From an uncultured Eubacteriaceae bacterium (GTDB lineage: Bacteria; Bacillota; Clostridia; Eubacteriales; Eubacteriaceae), in assembly GCA_937872065.1 (NCBI GenBank), contig CALMRA010000288.1:4817-68816 (forward strand): a stretch of 64,000 nt of DNA, in the 5' to 3' direction. The position numbers were made by a program, and so were the translations under genes. Positions 1-9,335 of the stretch are shown piece after piece. Every line of letters starts with the position of its first letter. The stretch's first letter is position 1. The notes beneath the pieces were generated by a model, which was not told where the DNA came from, searched no databases, and saw nothing but the letters and a program-made list of their open reading frames with translations.

Positions 1-16
1 TAAAATCAGAAAAGTG

Positions 17-508
17 ATGGATAAGATTTCCGAATGGATGGCCATCGGAATCCTCGGGATCATGACGGTCCTCGTCACCTGGCAGGTTATCACACGCTTT
101 ATCTTCCATTCCCCTAGCACGATGACAGAAGCTTCCTCGAAGTACCTGTTCCTGTGGCTCATCATGGTTACCTCGGCCTACGTTATCGGAAAGCGCGAAC
201 ATATGCGCCTCGAATTCTTCGTCCACAAGATGTCGCCGAAGGGACAGAAAATCTGCAATATCGTCACGGAAATCGTCGTGCTGATTTTCTCCGCATGCGT
301 CCTGTTTTACGGCGGCGGCCGCATCGCTCTCAACGCGATGAGCCAGACCGACTCGGCCCTGCCGATTCCTGTCGGAATCATCTACCTTGCGCTCCCGATC
401 GGAGGAGCGATGTCCGTTGTCTACTGCATTATGAACATCATCGACCTGATCAAGAACAGACAGGGAACGCCTGCTTCGGATCCGGAAGAAATGGAGGAAA
501 TTCTCTAA
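17..508 (+). CDS. TRAP transporter small permease (DctQ-type)
   Basis: About 163 aa with four hydrophobic segments, directly upstream of a DctM-type permease (stop 508, next start 510). ATG 17 preferred over GTG 14. The frame is open to the window edge, so the true start could lie upstream. Confidence 0.8.
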   Translation: MDKISEWMAIGILGIMTVLVTWQVITRFIFHSPSTMTEASSKYLFLWLIMVTSAYVIGKREHMRLEFFVHKMSPKGQKICNIVTEIVVLIFSACVLFYGGGRIALNAMSQTDSALPIPVGIIYLALPIGGAMSVVYCIMNIIDLIKNRQGTPASDPEEMEEIL

Positions 509-509
509 T

Positions 510-1814
510 ATGAATACAGCTTTAGTCTGCGGACTGATCCTGCTCGTAACCGTCGTTGTCCTGCTCCTGATCGGAACACCGATCAGCGTATCGCTGGCCG
601 CCGGTTCAACGCTCGCAATGATGGCTGTCCTGACCGGGACCAAGCCCCTTCTGATGTCCGCTCAGAAGATATTCACAGGAATCAACTCCTTTACGCTGCT
701 GGCAATCCCGTTCTTTATCCTCGCGGGGATCATCATGAACAACGGCGGCATCGCAAGGCGCCTTGTCGATCTGGCAAAGCTCCTTGTCGGAAAGCTTCCC
801 GGCTCTCTGGCTGTGACAAACGTCGCTGCAAACATGCTCTTCGGAGCGATCTCAGGTTCAGGTTCGGCTGCTGCGGCTGCTATCGGCGGAATCATGGGAC
901 CGATGGAAGAGGAAGAAGGCTACGATAAGGATTATTCGGCGGCAGTCAACATCGCGTCCGCACCCGCCGGGATCCTGATCCCTCCGAGCAACACGCTCAT
1001 CATTTTCTCGACAGTCGCAGGCGGCGTATCCATCACCTCGCTGTTCCTGGCCGGATACGTACCGGGACTCCTCTGGGGTCTGGGCGTTATGGCAGTCGCC
1101 GTCTTCATGGCGATCCGCAGAGGCTACAAGGGAACTGCCGGCGTATCCGGAAAACAGGCCCTGAAGATCTGCTGGGATGCGATTCCGAGTCTGATGCTTA
1201 TCGTCATCGTCATCGGCGGGATCCTCGGCGGAGCCTTCACACCTACCGAAGGATCTGCGATCGCGGTTGTATACGCGCTTATCCTGTCATTCTGCTACAG
1301 GACCATCAAGGTTTCGGATCTTCCGAGAATCCTGCTGGAATCCGCTAAGCTTACGAGCATCATCCTGTATCTGATCGGCCTTTCATCGGTCATGTCCTGG
1401 ATCATGGCGTTCGTCAATATCCCGTCGCTTATCGCCGAATCGCTGCTGAGTGTCTCCGATAATCCTGTGATCATCCTGCTTATCATCAACGTGATCCTGC
1501 TTGTTCTCGGGACCTTTATGGACCCGACGCCGGCGATCCTGATCTTCACGCCCATCTTCCTTCCGATTGTCGAAAGCTTCGGAATGAGCGTGGTCCAGTT
1601 CGGGATCATGATGACCTTTAACCTGTGCATCGGTTGTATCACGCCTCCGGTCGGTGCTATATTGTTTACAGGCTGCAAGGTTTCAGGTACGACCATCGAG
1701 CAGGTAATCAAGCCGCTGCTGCCGTTCTTCGCGGTAACGATACTGATACTAATGCTCGTCACATTCATACCGTCGCTGAGCCTTGCGATCCCGGGAGCTG
1801 CAGGTCTCCTGTAA
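510..1814 (+). CDS. TRAP transporter large permease (DctM-type)
   Basis: 434-aa polytopic Gly/Ala-rich membrane protein of typical DctM length, tightly coupled to the DctQ-like ORF. Confidence 0.9.
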   Translation: MNTALVCGLILLVTVVVLLLIGTPISVSLAAGSTLAMMAVLTGTKPLLMSAQKIFTGINSFTLLAIPFFILAGIIMNNGGIARRLVDLAKLLVGKLPGSLAVTNVAANMLFGAISGSGSAAAAAIGGIMGPMEEEEGYDKDYSAAVNIASAPAGILIPPSNTLIIFSTVAGGVSITSLFLAGYVPGLLWGLGVMAVAVFMAIRRGYKGTAGVSGKQALKICWDAIPSLMLIVIVIGGILGGAFTPTEGSAIAVVYALILSFCYRTIKVSDLPRILLESAKLTSIILYLIGLSSVMSWIMAFVNIPSLIAESLLSVSDNPVIILLIINVILLVLGTFMDPTPAILIFTPIFLPIVESFGMSVVQFGIMMTFNLCIGCITPPVGAILFTGCKVSGTTIEQVIKPLLPFFAVTILILMLVTFIPSLSLAIPGAAGLL

Positions 1815-1832
1815 ACAGTAAACGAGGGCTTC

Positions 1833-2861
1833 ATGAACATATACGACATCTCCAAAAAAGCGGGCGTCTCCATCGCGACCGTATCGCGTGTGATCAACAA
1901 CAAGGACCGTGTGAGCGAAAAGACACGGAAGAAGATCATGGACGTGATCGAACAGGAGGGCTATACGCCCAACGAATACGCTCGGGGGCTTGCGCTCCAG
2001 TCGACTAAGGTGATCGGCGTGCTGTGTCCGGATTCCTCGGACAGCTATACCGCTGCGGCGATCTACAACGTCGAACGCTGCCTTCGCGACTACGGATACG
2101 ACTGCATCCTGTGCTGCACCGGGCACAGGCAGGAGGACCGTGAAAAGTACATGAAGCTTATCGATTCGAAACAGATAGACGCGCTGGTCCTTGTCGGTTC
2201 GAGCTATGCGGCTCAGGATCCGAAGGACCAGCAGTATATTATCGACGCGGCGAAGGAAAAGCCCGTCATGATCATCAACGGAGAGGTCGACGCGCCCAAC
2301 GTGTACAGTGTTGCGTGCGGAGACGAAGCGGCAGTTGAAGCCGCGACATCCGGACTTATCGAAAGCGGGAGCAGGGATATTCTGTTTCTGTACAATGCAA
2401 GAAGCTACAGCGGGCGCCGCAAGCTTCAGGGATATAAGAACGCGCTTCAGAAGCACGGCATCAGGGAACGCGACGAGCTGATCGCGCTGGTGACCGGCGG
2501 TCTCGACGAGACCATCGATTTTCTGCTTCGCCAGAGGTCGGAGGGACTCCGTTTCGACGCCGTCATGGCCAGTGACGATTATCTTGCTGCCGCGGCAGTC
2601 AAGTATGCGAAGAAGACAGGCCTGAAGATCCCCGAAGACTTTCAGGTGATCGGCTACAACGATCTGATGCTCGCCCGCTGCTGCGAACCGGAGCTGACGA
2701 CGGTCGACAGCCGGGTCGAAGACCTGAGCGTCGCCGCAGTCAATTATCTGATGCAGATTTTAGATGGTGAAACGCCCAGACAGCATTCGCTGCTTGAGGG
2801 ACGTCTGACCTGGCGCGGAACGACACGAACATCCGAGGACGGGAATCCGGCTCCGGAGTAA
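1833..2861 (+). CDS. LacI/GalR-family transcriptional regulator
   Basis: N-terminal HTH MNIYDISKKAGVSIATVSRVINN followed by a sugar-binding-protein-like core. Sits between TRAP and uxaC genes. Confidence 0.9.
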   Translation: MNIYDISKKAGVSIATVSRVINNKDRVSEKTRKKIMDVIEQEGYTPNEYARGLALQSTKVIGVLCPDSSDSYTAAAIYNVERCLRDYGYDCILCCTGHRQEDREKYMKLIDSKQIDALVLVGSSYAAQDPKDQQYIIDAAKEKPVMIINGEVDAPNVYSVACGDEAAVEAATSGLIESGSRDILFLYNARSYSGRRKLQGYKNALQKHGIRERDELIALVTGGLDETIDFLLRQRSEGLRFDAVMASDDYLAAAAVKYAKKTGLKIPEDFQVIGYNDLMLARCCEPELTTVDSRVEDLSVAAVNYLMQILDGETPRQHSLLEGRLTWRGTTRTSEDGNPAPE

Positions 2862-2888
2862 TTACCGAGAAAGATAAAGGAAATATAG

Positions 2889-4295
2889 ATGAAAGAGTTT
2901 ATGGACGCGGATTTCATGCTGTCGACACCGACGGCGCGTCATCTGTATCACGATTATGCGGAGAAGATGCCCATCGTCGACTACCACTGCCACATCAATC
3001 CGAGAGAGATTTATGAAGACCGGAAATTTTCGAATATCGCGGAGGTCTGGCTCGGCGGCGATCATTACAAGTGGCGTCAGATGAGAAGCAACGGGATCGA
3101 CGAAGAGCTCATCACAGGCGGCGCGCCGGACAAGGACAAGTTTGACGCCTACGCCGGGACGCTGGAAAAGGCGATCGGCAATCCGCTGTATCCCTGGAGT
3201 CATCTGGAGCTGCAGCGCTACTTCGATTATCACAAGCCTCTCTCCTCGAAGACAGCGGACGAAGTCTGGCAGCTCACAGAAGAAAAGCTCGCTCAGGACG
3301 ATTTCTCCGTCAGAAATCTGATCCGCAGATCCAATGTCAAGGTGATCTGTACGACCGACGATCCGGCGGATACGCTTGAATGGCATAAGAAGATCGCGGA
3401 GGATCCGACCTTCGACGTACAGGTCCTGCCGGCATGGCGTCCGGATAAGGCGATGAACGTCGAAAAACCCGACTATGCGGACTATATCGCAGAGCTCGGT
3501 GAAGCTGCCGGCATGAAGATCGAAAGCTTCGCGGATCTGAAGAATGCGCTGTCAAAGCGGATGGACTATTTCGAAAGCCTCGGCTGCCGCGTCAGCGACC
3601 ACGCTCATAAATATATCCCCTATGCTCCGGCGTCGGCTGAAGAAGTCGAAGCGATCTTCCGTAAAGGTCTTGCCGGAGAAGAGATTACGGACGAAGAGGA
3701 ACGGATCTTCAAGACAGCGTTCATGCTTTTCGTCGCGAAGGAATACGCGGACAGAGACTGGGTCATGCAGATCCATTACGGCTGCAAGCGCGACAATAAT
3801 TCCTTTATGTATAAGAAGCTCGGACCGGATACCGGCTACGACAGCATCGACAACTACGCGCCCTCCGTACAGACCGCGGATTTCCTCGACGCTGTGAACG
3901 CGGCCGGGAACATGCCGAAGACGGTCCTGTACAGTCTGAACCCGAATGACAACGAGGCGATCACGACACTTATCGGCTGTTTCCAGGGCGATATTCCCGG
4001 AAAGCTCCAGCAGGGCTCCGCGTGGTGGTTCAACGACCACAAGAACGGCATGCTCGAACAGATGAGCACACTGGCGGCTCACGGACTCCTGGGCGACTTT
4101 ATCGGGATGCTCACCGACTCGAGAAGCTTCCTGTCCTACACGAGACACGAATATTTCAGAAGATTATTATGCGAACTGATCGGCGGATGGGTTGAAAACG
4201 GGGAGTTCCCGAACGACGAGGACCAGCTCAAGGCGCTTATCGAAGACATTTCATTTAACAACGCGAACCGTTATTTCAGATTTGATGCCGACTGA
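2889..4295 (+). CDS. uxaC: glucuronate (uronate) isomerase
   Basis: 468 aa. N-terminal FMDADFMLSTPTARHLYHDYAEKMPIVDYHCH is the conserved UxaC signature. AAAGGAAA RBS upstream. Confidence 0.95.
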   Translation: MKEFMDADFMLSTPTARHLYHDYAEKMPIVDYHCHINPREIYEDRKFSNIAEVWLGGDHYKWRQMRSNGIDEELITGGAPDKDKFDAYAGTLEKAIGNPLYPWSHLELQRYFDYHKPLSSKTADEVWQLTEEKLAQDDFSVRNLIRRSNVKVICTTDDPADTLEWHKKIAEDPTFDVQVLPAWRPDKAMNVEKPDYADYIAELGEAAGMKIESFADLKNALSKRMDYFESLGCRVSDHAHKYIPYAPASAEEVEAIFRKGLAGEEITDEEERIFKTAFMLFVAKEYADRDWVMQIHYGCKRDNNSFMYKKLGPDTGYDSIDNYAPSVQTADFLDAVNAAGNMPKTVLYSLNPNDNEAITTLIGCFQGDIPGKLQQGSAWWFNDHKNGMLEQMSTLAAHGLLGDFIGMLTDSRSFLSYTRHEYFRRLLCELIGGWVENGEFPNDEDQLKALIEDISFNNANRYFRFDAD

Positions 4296-4341
4296 ATCAG
4301 CCGGACATGAAGCTGTAGATCGATAATATCAGCCACAAAAA

Positions 4342-4379
4342 ATCGGAGGAAACAGATTACTGTTTCCTCCGATTTTTTT
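4342..4379 (+). terminator. rho-independent terminator after uxaC
   Basis: Perfect 14-bp stem atcggaggaaacag / ctgtttcctccgat with a 4-nt loop, followed by T7. An A-run upstream makes it potentially bidirectional. Confidence 0.9.
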
Positions 4380-4480
4380 ATCATGCAGTACCGCAATTCG
4401 CGAATTTTTGACAATTTTTCCTGCTTTCAAATTTTCTCATTACGAATATCAATGTTATTTTAAAGATTCAGAGAAATCCC

Positions 4481-4509
4481 TTGTCTTATTCGTATATACC
4501 GTATATAGT
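4481..4509 (+). promoter_or_regulatory. sigma-A-type promoter of the GntR-ABC operon (TTGTCT-17-TATAGT)
   Basis: -35 TTGTCT at 4481-4486, 17-nt spacer, -10 TATAGT at 4504-4509. Overlaps tandem GTATATA-containing 9-mers (see findings). Confidence 0.6.
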
Positions 4510-4534
4510 ATATATATACAGTAGTGAGGAAAAC

Positions 4535-4969
4535 ATGAATATCTTTATCGATAACAGAAGCGGCGATCCGATCTATCAGCAGATCTTTACGCAGATCAGG
4601 AGCCAGATCATCGACGGGACTCTCAGACACAACGACGCGCTGCCGTCGATGAGGAGTCTTGCGAAGGATCTGCGGATCAGCGTGATCACGACGAAGCGGG
4701 CCTACGAAGAGCTGGAGCGCGCGGGATTTATTTATACGGTGCCCGGAAAAGGCAGCTTTATCGCGGGAGAGAACGCGGAGCTTCTCAGGGAGGAGAGTCT
4801 GCGTCAGATCGAGGAGCATCTGGAGCAGGTCGCGGTTCTTGCGGCAGCCGCTGGGGTCAGCCGCGCAGAGATTGGCGAGATGTACGCGATGTTTGCTCCG
4901 GACCATACAGGGCAGCCGGTTCACACAGAACCGGCAGGGACAGAGAATAACGGAGGAACAGATGAGTGA
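4535..4969 (+). CDS. GntR-family regulator, short YtrA-like subfamily
   Basis: Winged helix LPSMRSLAKDLRISVITTKRAYEELERAGFIYTVPGKGSF. 144 aa. ATG 4535 preceded by GAGGA. Stop overlaps the ABC ATPase start. Confidence 0.85.
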   Translation: MNIFIDNRSGDPIYQQIFTQIRSQIIDGTLRHNDALPSMRSLAKDLRISVITTKRAYEELERAGFIYTVPGKGSFIAGENAELLREESLRQIEEHLEQVAVLAAAAGVSRAEIGEMYAMFAPDHTGQPVHTEPAGTENNGGTDE

Positions 4970-5834
4970 GTTTACGATAAACGAGACTGATGCGGTCAGA
5001 GTAAGCGGTCTCAGAAAAGAATATCAGGATTTTACGTTAAGGGATATCAGCTTCGAGCTGCCCGGAGGCTGCATTACGGGACTGATCGGACAGAATGGCG
5101 CCGGAAAATCGACGACACTCAAGCTTATCCTCGGGATGATCGAACCGGACGGCGGATCGATCCAGGTGCTCGGAACCGAGATGAACGGCAGTCTGGGAGA
5201 AACCGCGGAGGATGTGGGCGTCGTTCTGGACGAGCCCTGCTTTCCGGTCTATCTGACGGGCATTGAGCTCGATAAAGTATTCGCAAATATTTACACCCGC
5301 TGGGACAGCGAAGCCTTTTTCGGCTGTCTGAAGAAGCTCAATATTCCTGCGGACAAGGATTTCAAGGATCTGTCCAGGGGCAACCGGATGAAGATGTCCA
5401 TCGCCGCGGCGCTCTCTCACAATCCGAAGCTCCTGGTCCTCGACGAAGCGACCAGCGGTCTGGATCCCTACGTGCGGGACGAGATTGTCGATTTGTTTTA
5501 CGAATTTACACGGGAAGAGGATCATTCGATCCTGATAAGCTCTCATATCGTCAGCGATCTCGAGAAGCTGTGCGACTACATTATTTTTCTCGACAACGGC
5601 GAGATCCTTGTCAACGAAGAGAAGGACGTTCTTCTCGACAGTTTCGGGATCCTGCAGCTGCCGAAGAGTGAAATCGCAGCCCTGCCGGCCGGAGCTGTCA
5701 GGGGCGTCAAGGAGACCCCCTACGGCTGCGAAGCGCTCGTTCTGCGGGAAAGTCTGCCGGGGTATGAGATCAGACCGGCGTCGCTGGAAGACGTCTACCT
5801 GCTGAGCAAAAGAGGAATGGAGGATATGAGATGA
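4962..5834 (+). CDS. ABC transporter ATP-binding protein
   Basis: Walker A GQNGAGKST, signature LSRGNRMKM, Walker B LLVLDEATSGLD. ATG 4962 overlaps the GntR stop. Confidence 0.9.
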   Translation: MSEFTINETDAVRVSGLRKEYQDFTLRDISFELPGGCITGLIGQNGAGKSTTLKLILGMIEPDGGSIQVLGTEMNGSLGETAEDVGVVLDEPCFPVYLTGIELDKVFANIYTRWDSEAFFGCLKKLNIPADKDFKDLSRGNRMKMSIAAALSHNPKLLVLDEATSGLDPYVRDEIVDLFYEFTREEDHSILISSHIVSDLEKLCDYIIFLDNGEILVNEEKDVLLDSFGILQLPKSEIAALPAGAVRGVKETPYGCEALVLRESLPGYEIRPASLEDVYLLSKRGMEDMR

Positions 5835-6436
5835 AAGGACTGCTGCTGAAGGACTGGTACTCGTCCTGGAAGGAAAACAAGGTGGTCTTCGTCGTAGTCG
5901 CGGCGTTTCTCGCTGTTCAGACGATAAACGGCAGCTTTATCTTCGCAATGATGGCCCCGATCATGATCACCTCTCTCGGAACCGCCATATTCACACGGGA
6001 CGAATACTCGGGATGGCTCCAGTTTGCGAGGACACTGCCTCTCTCCGGAAGGCAGATCATCGGCGAACGCTACCTGTTTATTCTGCTTCTCGATATTCCG
6101 GTGGTGCTGCTGGAATGGGCGGCGCTTTCTTTCAGCGCCCCCGACTCCTCTCAGGCCGCCTTCGCGGTGATAACGGCGCTGACGATAACCAATACGATGA
6201 CCGCCTTTATGCTGTACTATCTGGAACGGTTCGGGGCCGCGAAACTGCGGATCGTCACGATGATCACGATTATCGTACTTGCTTCCATCGGGATGATCGC
6301 CGTCGATCTGAATGTGGGCGGCTCGCTTCCGACGGATACGGTGACGCTGAGCATGATGTTTATCGCAGGTTCGTTCCTGCTGCTGCTTCTGTCATATGCA
6401 TTGTCTGTCAGACACTACAGTCAGAAACGCGGATAA
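5831..6436 (+). CDS. ABC-2-type membrane component (family uncertain)
   Basis: 201 aa with about six hydrophobic helices. ATGA overlap with the ATPase gene. Confidence 0.6.
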   Translation: MKGLLLKDWYSSWKENKVVFVVVAAFLAVQTINGSFIFAMMAPIMITSLGTAIFTRDEYSGWLQFARTLPLSGRQIIGERYLFILLLDIPVVLLEWAALSFSAPDSSQAAFAVITALTITNTMTAFMLYYLERFGAAKLRIVTMITIIVLASIGMIAVDLNVGGSLPTDTVTLSMMFIAGSFLLLLLSYALSVRHYSQKRG

Positions 6437-6471
6437 TAAAACAGAATAAAGAACGGCAGATCAGAATTTAC

Positions 6472-6499
6472 GCGGCAGTTTGACGGCTGCCGCTTTTCT
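6472..6499 (+). terminator. terminator after the ABC operon
   Basis: 7-bp GC-rich stem gcggcag / ctgccgc with an 8-nt loop, then TTTTCT. Confidence 0.65.
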
Positions 6500-6591
6500 G
6501 CGTTCAACCATTAACAGAATTAATAGAGAGATGAAGAATAAAAATATAATAATAGAATATAATTTAATTTAAAATATACGGAAATAAAAGC

Positions 6592-6620
6592 TTGCGATAC
6601 TTTTTATATCGGTCTATAAT
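6592..6620 (+). promoter_or_regulatory. near-consensus sigma-A promoter (TTGCGA-17-TATAAT) with upstream AT-rich tract
   Basis: TTGCGA at 6592-6597, 17-nt spacer, TATAAT at 6615-6620. About 70 bp of almost pure A/T (6520-6590) immediately upstream. GGAGG RBS before ATG 6647. Confidence 0.7.
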
Positions 6621-6646
6621 CGCAGATACACGAAACGGAGGCGCTT

Positions 6647-8884
6647 ATGAACGATATCGAGATACATGGACTCAGACAGAACAACCTGAAGAATATAGAC
6701 CTGAATATCCGCAAGGAGAAAATCACGGTTTTTACCGGTGTGTCAGGTTCCGGCAAGTCGAGCATCGTCTTCGATACCGTCGCGGCAGAAGCCCAGCGGC
6801 AGATGAACGAGACCTATCCCGCTTTCCTGAGGAGCCGGCTTCCGAAGCATCTGAAGCCGGATGTCGACCTGATCCGGAACCTGACGCCGGCAGTCGTCGT
6901 CGATCAGAGCGCTCTCGGGGGCAACGCTCGTTCCACCGTCGGGACCAGCAGCGAGCTGTACGGACTGCTGCGCCTTTTGTTCTCGAGGATCGGAGAGCCG
7001 TACGGCGGAACGGCATCCGACTTTTCGTTCAACAGCCCCGGCGGGATGTGTCCGGTCTGCTCGGGACTCGGATGGGTAATCAGCATCGATATGGACAGCA
7101 TGCTCGACCGCAGCAAGAGCTGGAACGAAGGCTGTATCAGCGACGGACTGTTCGATCCCGGCAAGTATTTCTGGCGTCAGTTCAGGGATTCGGGACTTTT
7201 CGACCCCGACAAGCCCATCCGGGACATGGAGCCTGCGGAATACAACAGGCTCATGTACGGATCGTCTGTCGTGGGAGGACCGCCGGAGCATCCGAAGGTC
7301 GAGGGCGTCATCACGAAGTACCGCCGGCTGTATCTGAACAGGGATCTGAGTCAGATGAGCAGGGCGATGCAGCGGCGCTCGAAGAAGATCGTAAGCGAAA
7401 CGAGGTGTCCCGCCTGTCACGGACAGCGTCTGAACGAGCGGGCGCTGGCATCAAAGATAGACGGGCTGTCCATCGCGGATATGAGCGGGATGGAGCTGTC
7501 GGAGCTGTACCGGGTGATAAACAGGATATCGGATCCGAGAGCCGTTTCAATTGTCGATTCCCTGAAGCGCGGGATTGACAGACTGATCCGGATCGGGCTC
7601 CCGTACCTGAGCCTGAACAGACAGACGTCGACGCTCTCCGGCGGGGAAGCCCAGCGTCTCAAGCTGGTCCGGTTCATGGGCAGCAGCCTGACCGGACTCA
7701 CGTATATCTTCGATGAGCCCAGTACGGGGCTTCATCCCCGGGATGTATACCGTATGAACGACCTGCTGCTGGAGCTGCGGGATAAGGGGAATACCGTGCT
7801 CGTCGTCGAGCACGATCCCGATGTGATCCGGATCGCAGACGAGGTGGTCGATATCGGACCGGGCGCCGGCGCACAGGGCGGACAGGTCGTCTTTCAGGGA
7901 GCCTGGCAGGATCTTCTGAAGGCGGATACGCTGACGGGTCAGACGATGAAGGGAAGCTTTGGGATTAAAGATAAGCCGGGGAAGCGCTCGGGAAGCCTTC
8001 CGGTCCGGGGGGCGGATACCAACAATCTGAAGCACGTCGATGTGGATTTTCCACTGGGAATCATGACGGTCGTCACCGGCGTCGCAGGCTCCGGGAAAAG
8101 CTCGCTGGTTACCCAGTGCTTTGCCAGGCAGTACGCGGACCAGGTGATCCTCGTGGACCAGGGACCGATCACGGCGACGAGCCGTTCGACGCCCGCGTCT
8201 TTCCTCGGCTTTTACGACAGGATCCGGAAGCTGTTCGCAGATGAGAATCACGTTTCCGTGTCACTCTTTTCGTACAATTCTGACGGCGCGTGTCCGGTGT
8301 GTCACGGGAAAGGGGAGATTCTGACGGAGCTCGCGTACATGGATCCTGTCGTCAGCACCTGCGAAGCCTGCGGCGGAAAGCGGTTCAGCGACGAATCGCT
8401 GTCGTACAGGCTGGGCGGAAAGTCGACACTCGATGTCCTCGGTTTTACCGTAGACGAGGCGCTGGAATTCTTCAGCGACAGAAAGATCCGGACGGCTCTC
8501 GGACATATGAAGGACGCCGGACTGTCCTATATGAAGCTGGGACAGCCCCTTAGCACCCTGTCGGGCGGCGAACGGCAGCGGCTGAAGCTTGCGAAGAATC
8601 TCGGGAAGAAGGGGACCATCTTCGTGCTGGACGAGCCGACGACGGGACTTCACCGGTCGGACGTCGGCAGGCTCATCGGTCTGTTCGACAGGCTCATTGC
8701 ACGGGGAAATACGGTGATCGTCATCGAGCACGACCTCGACGTCGTCAAACGCGCCGACTGGGTTATCGACATCGGTCCCGACGGCGGACACGACGGCGGA
8801 GAGATCGTCTTTGAAGGGACGCCGCAGGAAATGGCAGAGAAGGGACAGACCATCACGGCAGACTGCCTGAGGGTCAGTTTATAA
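6647..8884 (+). CDS. UvrA-like double-ABC ATPase, short paralogue (745 aa)
   Basis: Two ABC modules (GVSGSGKSS ... LSGGEAQRLKL ... YIFDEPSTGLH; GVAGSGKSS ... LSGGERQRLKL ... FVLDEPTTGLH) with CxxC zinc motifs (CPVCSGLG, CPACHGQR, CPVCHGKG...CEACGGKR). About 200 aa shorter than canonical UvrA. Confidence 0.85.
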   Translation: MNDIEIHGLRQNNLKNIDLNIRKEKITVFTGVSGSGKSSIVFDTVAAEAQRQMNETYPAFLRSRLPKHLKPDVDLIRNLTPAVVVDQSALGGNARSTVGTSSELYGLLRLLFSRIGEPYGGTASDFSFNSPGGMCPVCSGLGWVISIDMDSMLDRSKSWNEGCISDGLFDPGKYFWRQFRDSGLFDPDKPIRDMEPAEYNRLMYGSSVVGGPPEHPKVEGVITKYRRLYLNRDLSQMSRAMQRRSKKIVSETRCPACHGQRLNERALASKIDGLSIADMSGMELSELYRVINRISDPRAVSIVDSLKRGIDRLIRIGLPYLSLNRQTSTLSGGEAQRLKLVRFMGSSLTGLTYIFDEPSTGLHPRDVYRMNDLLLELRDKGNTVLVVEHDPDVIRIADEVVDIGPGAGAQGGQVVFQGAWQDLLKADTLTGQTMKGSFGIKDKPGKRSGSLPVRGADTNNLKHVDVDFPLGIMTVVTGVAGSGKSSLVTQCFARQYADQVILVDQGPITATSRSTPASFLGFYDRIRKLFADENHVSVSLFSYNSDGACPVCHGKGEILTELAYMDPVVSTCEACGGKRFSDESLSYRLGGKSTLDVLGFTVDEALEFFSDRKIRTALGHMKDAGLSYMKLGQPLSTLSGGERQRLKLAKNLGKKGTIFVLDEPTTGLHRSDVGRLIGLFDRLIARGNTVIVIEHDLDVVKRADWVIDIGPDGGHDGGEIVFEGTPQEMAEKGQTITADCLRVSL

Positions 8885-8945
8885 AATAAAGCGTATGAAA
8901 AAAGCCGTATACCCGGAGGTATGCGGCAGCAGTATGACCGGAGAC

Positions 8946-9281
8946 CTAACGGCCTCCTTTTTTCTTCTTTTTATTTCTGCCCTTTTTCGGCTTTTCAGTC
9001 AGTATTTTGTACTTGGCCAGGAGAATAACGACCAGTCCGACAACCATCACGGCGACCGAGACGTACAGTACCCACACGTAGGCAGCGCCTGCGCTGCTTG
9101 CCCAGCCCAGCAGCAGGAAGCCTATGCCCACTGCGATATACGAAAGCCCCGAATATTTTGCCCAGTCCTTCAGCGAAAGCTCCGTGTATTTTTCCTTGTA
9201 CGTATCGCTGATACCGACGCCGGTTAAAAAGGCGATGCCGAGTACGACGATGACCGCTCCGAATATGTAGCTTAACAGCAT
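8946..9281 (-). CDS. small integral membrane protein with poly-Lys tail
   Basis: 111 aa, three hydrophobic helices, C-terminal KKGRNKKKKKGGR. AAGGAG RBS upstream on the - strand. Confidence 0.6.
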   Translation of the reverse strand: MLLSYIFGAVIVVLGIAFLTGVGISDTYKEKYTELSLKDWAKYSGLSYIAVGIGFLLLGWASSAGAAYVWVLYVSVAVMVVGLVVILLAKYKILTEKPKKGRNKKKKKGGR

Positions 9282-9335
9282 TTGTTTACTCCTTCAGGTT
9301 CATGACGTTATTATAATGGAAAAACGTCGGGGACA

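Noticed and set aside
6592-7578. 328-aa alternative-frame ORF overlapping the start of the UvrA-like gene. Similar +1/+2 frame ORFs occur inside many genes, for example 154-513, 9414-10238 and 36364-36960.
   Set aside because: These are Arg-rich nonsense-like translations nested in well-supported genes. They have no independent RBS or motifs.
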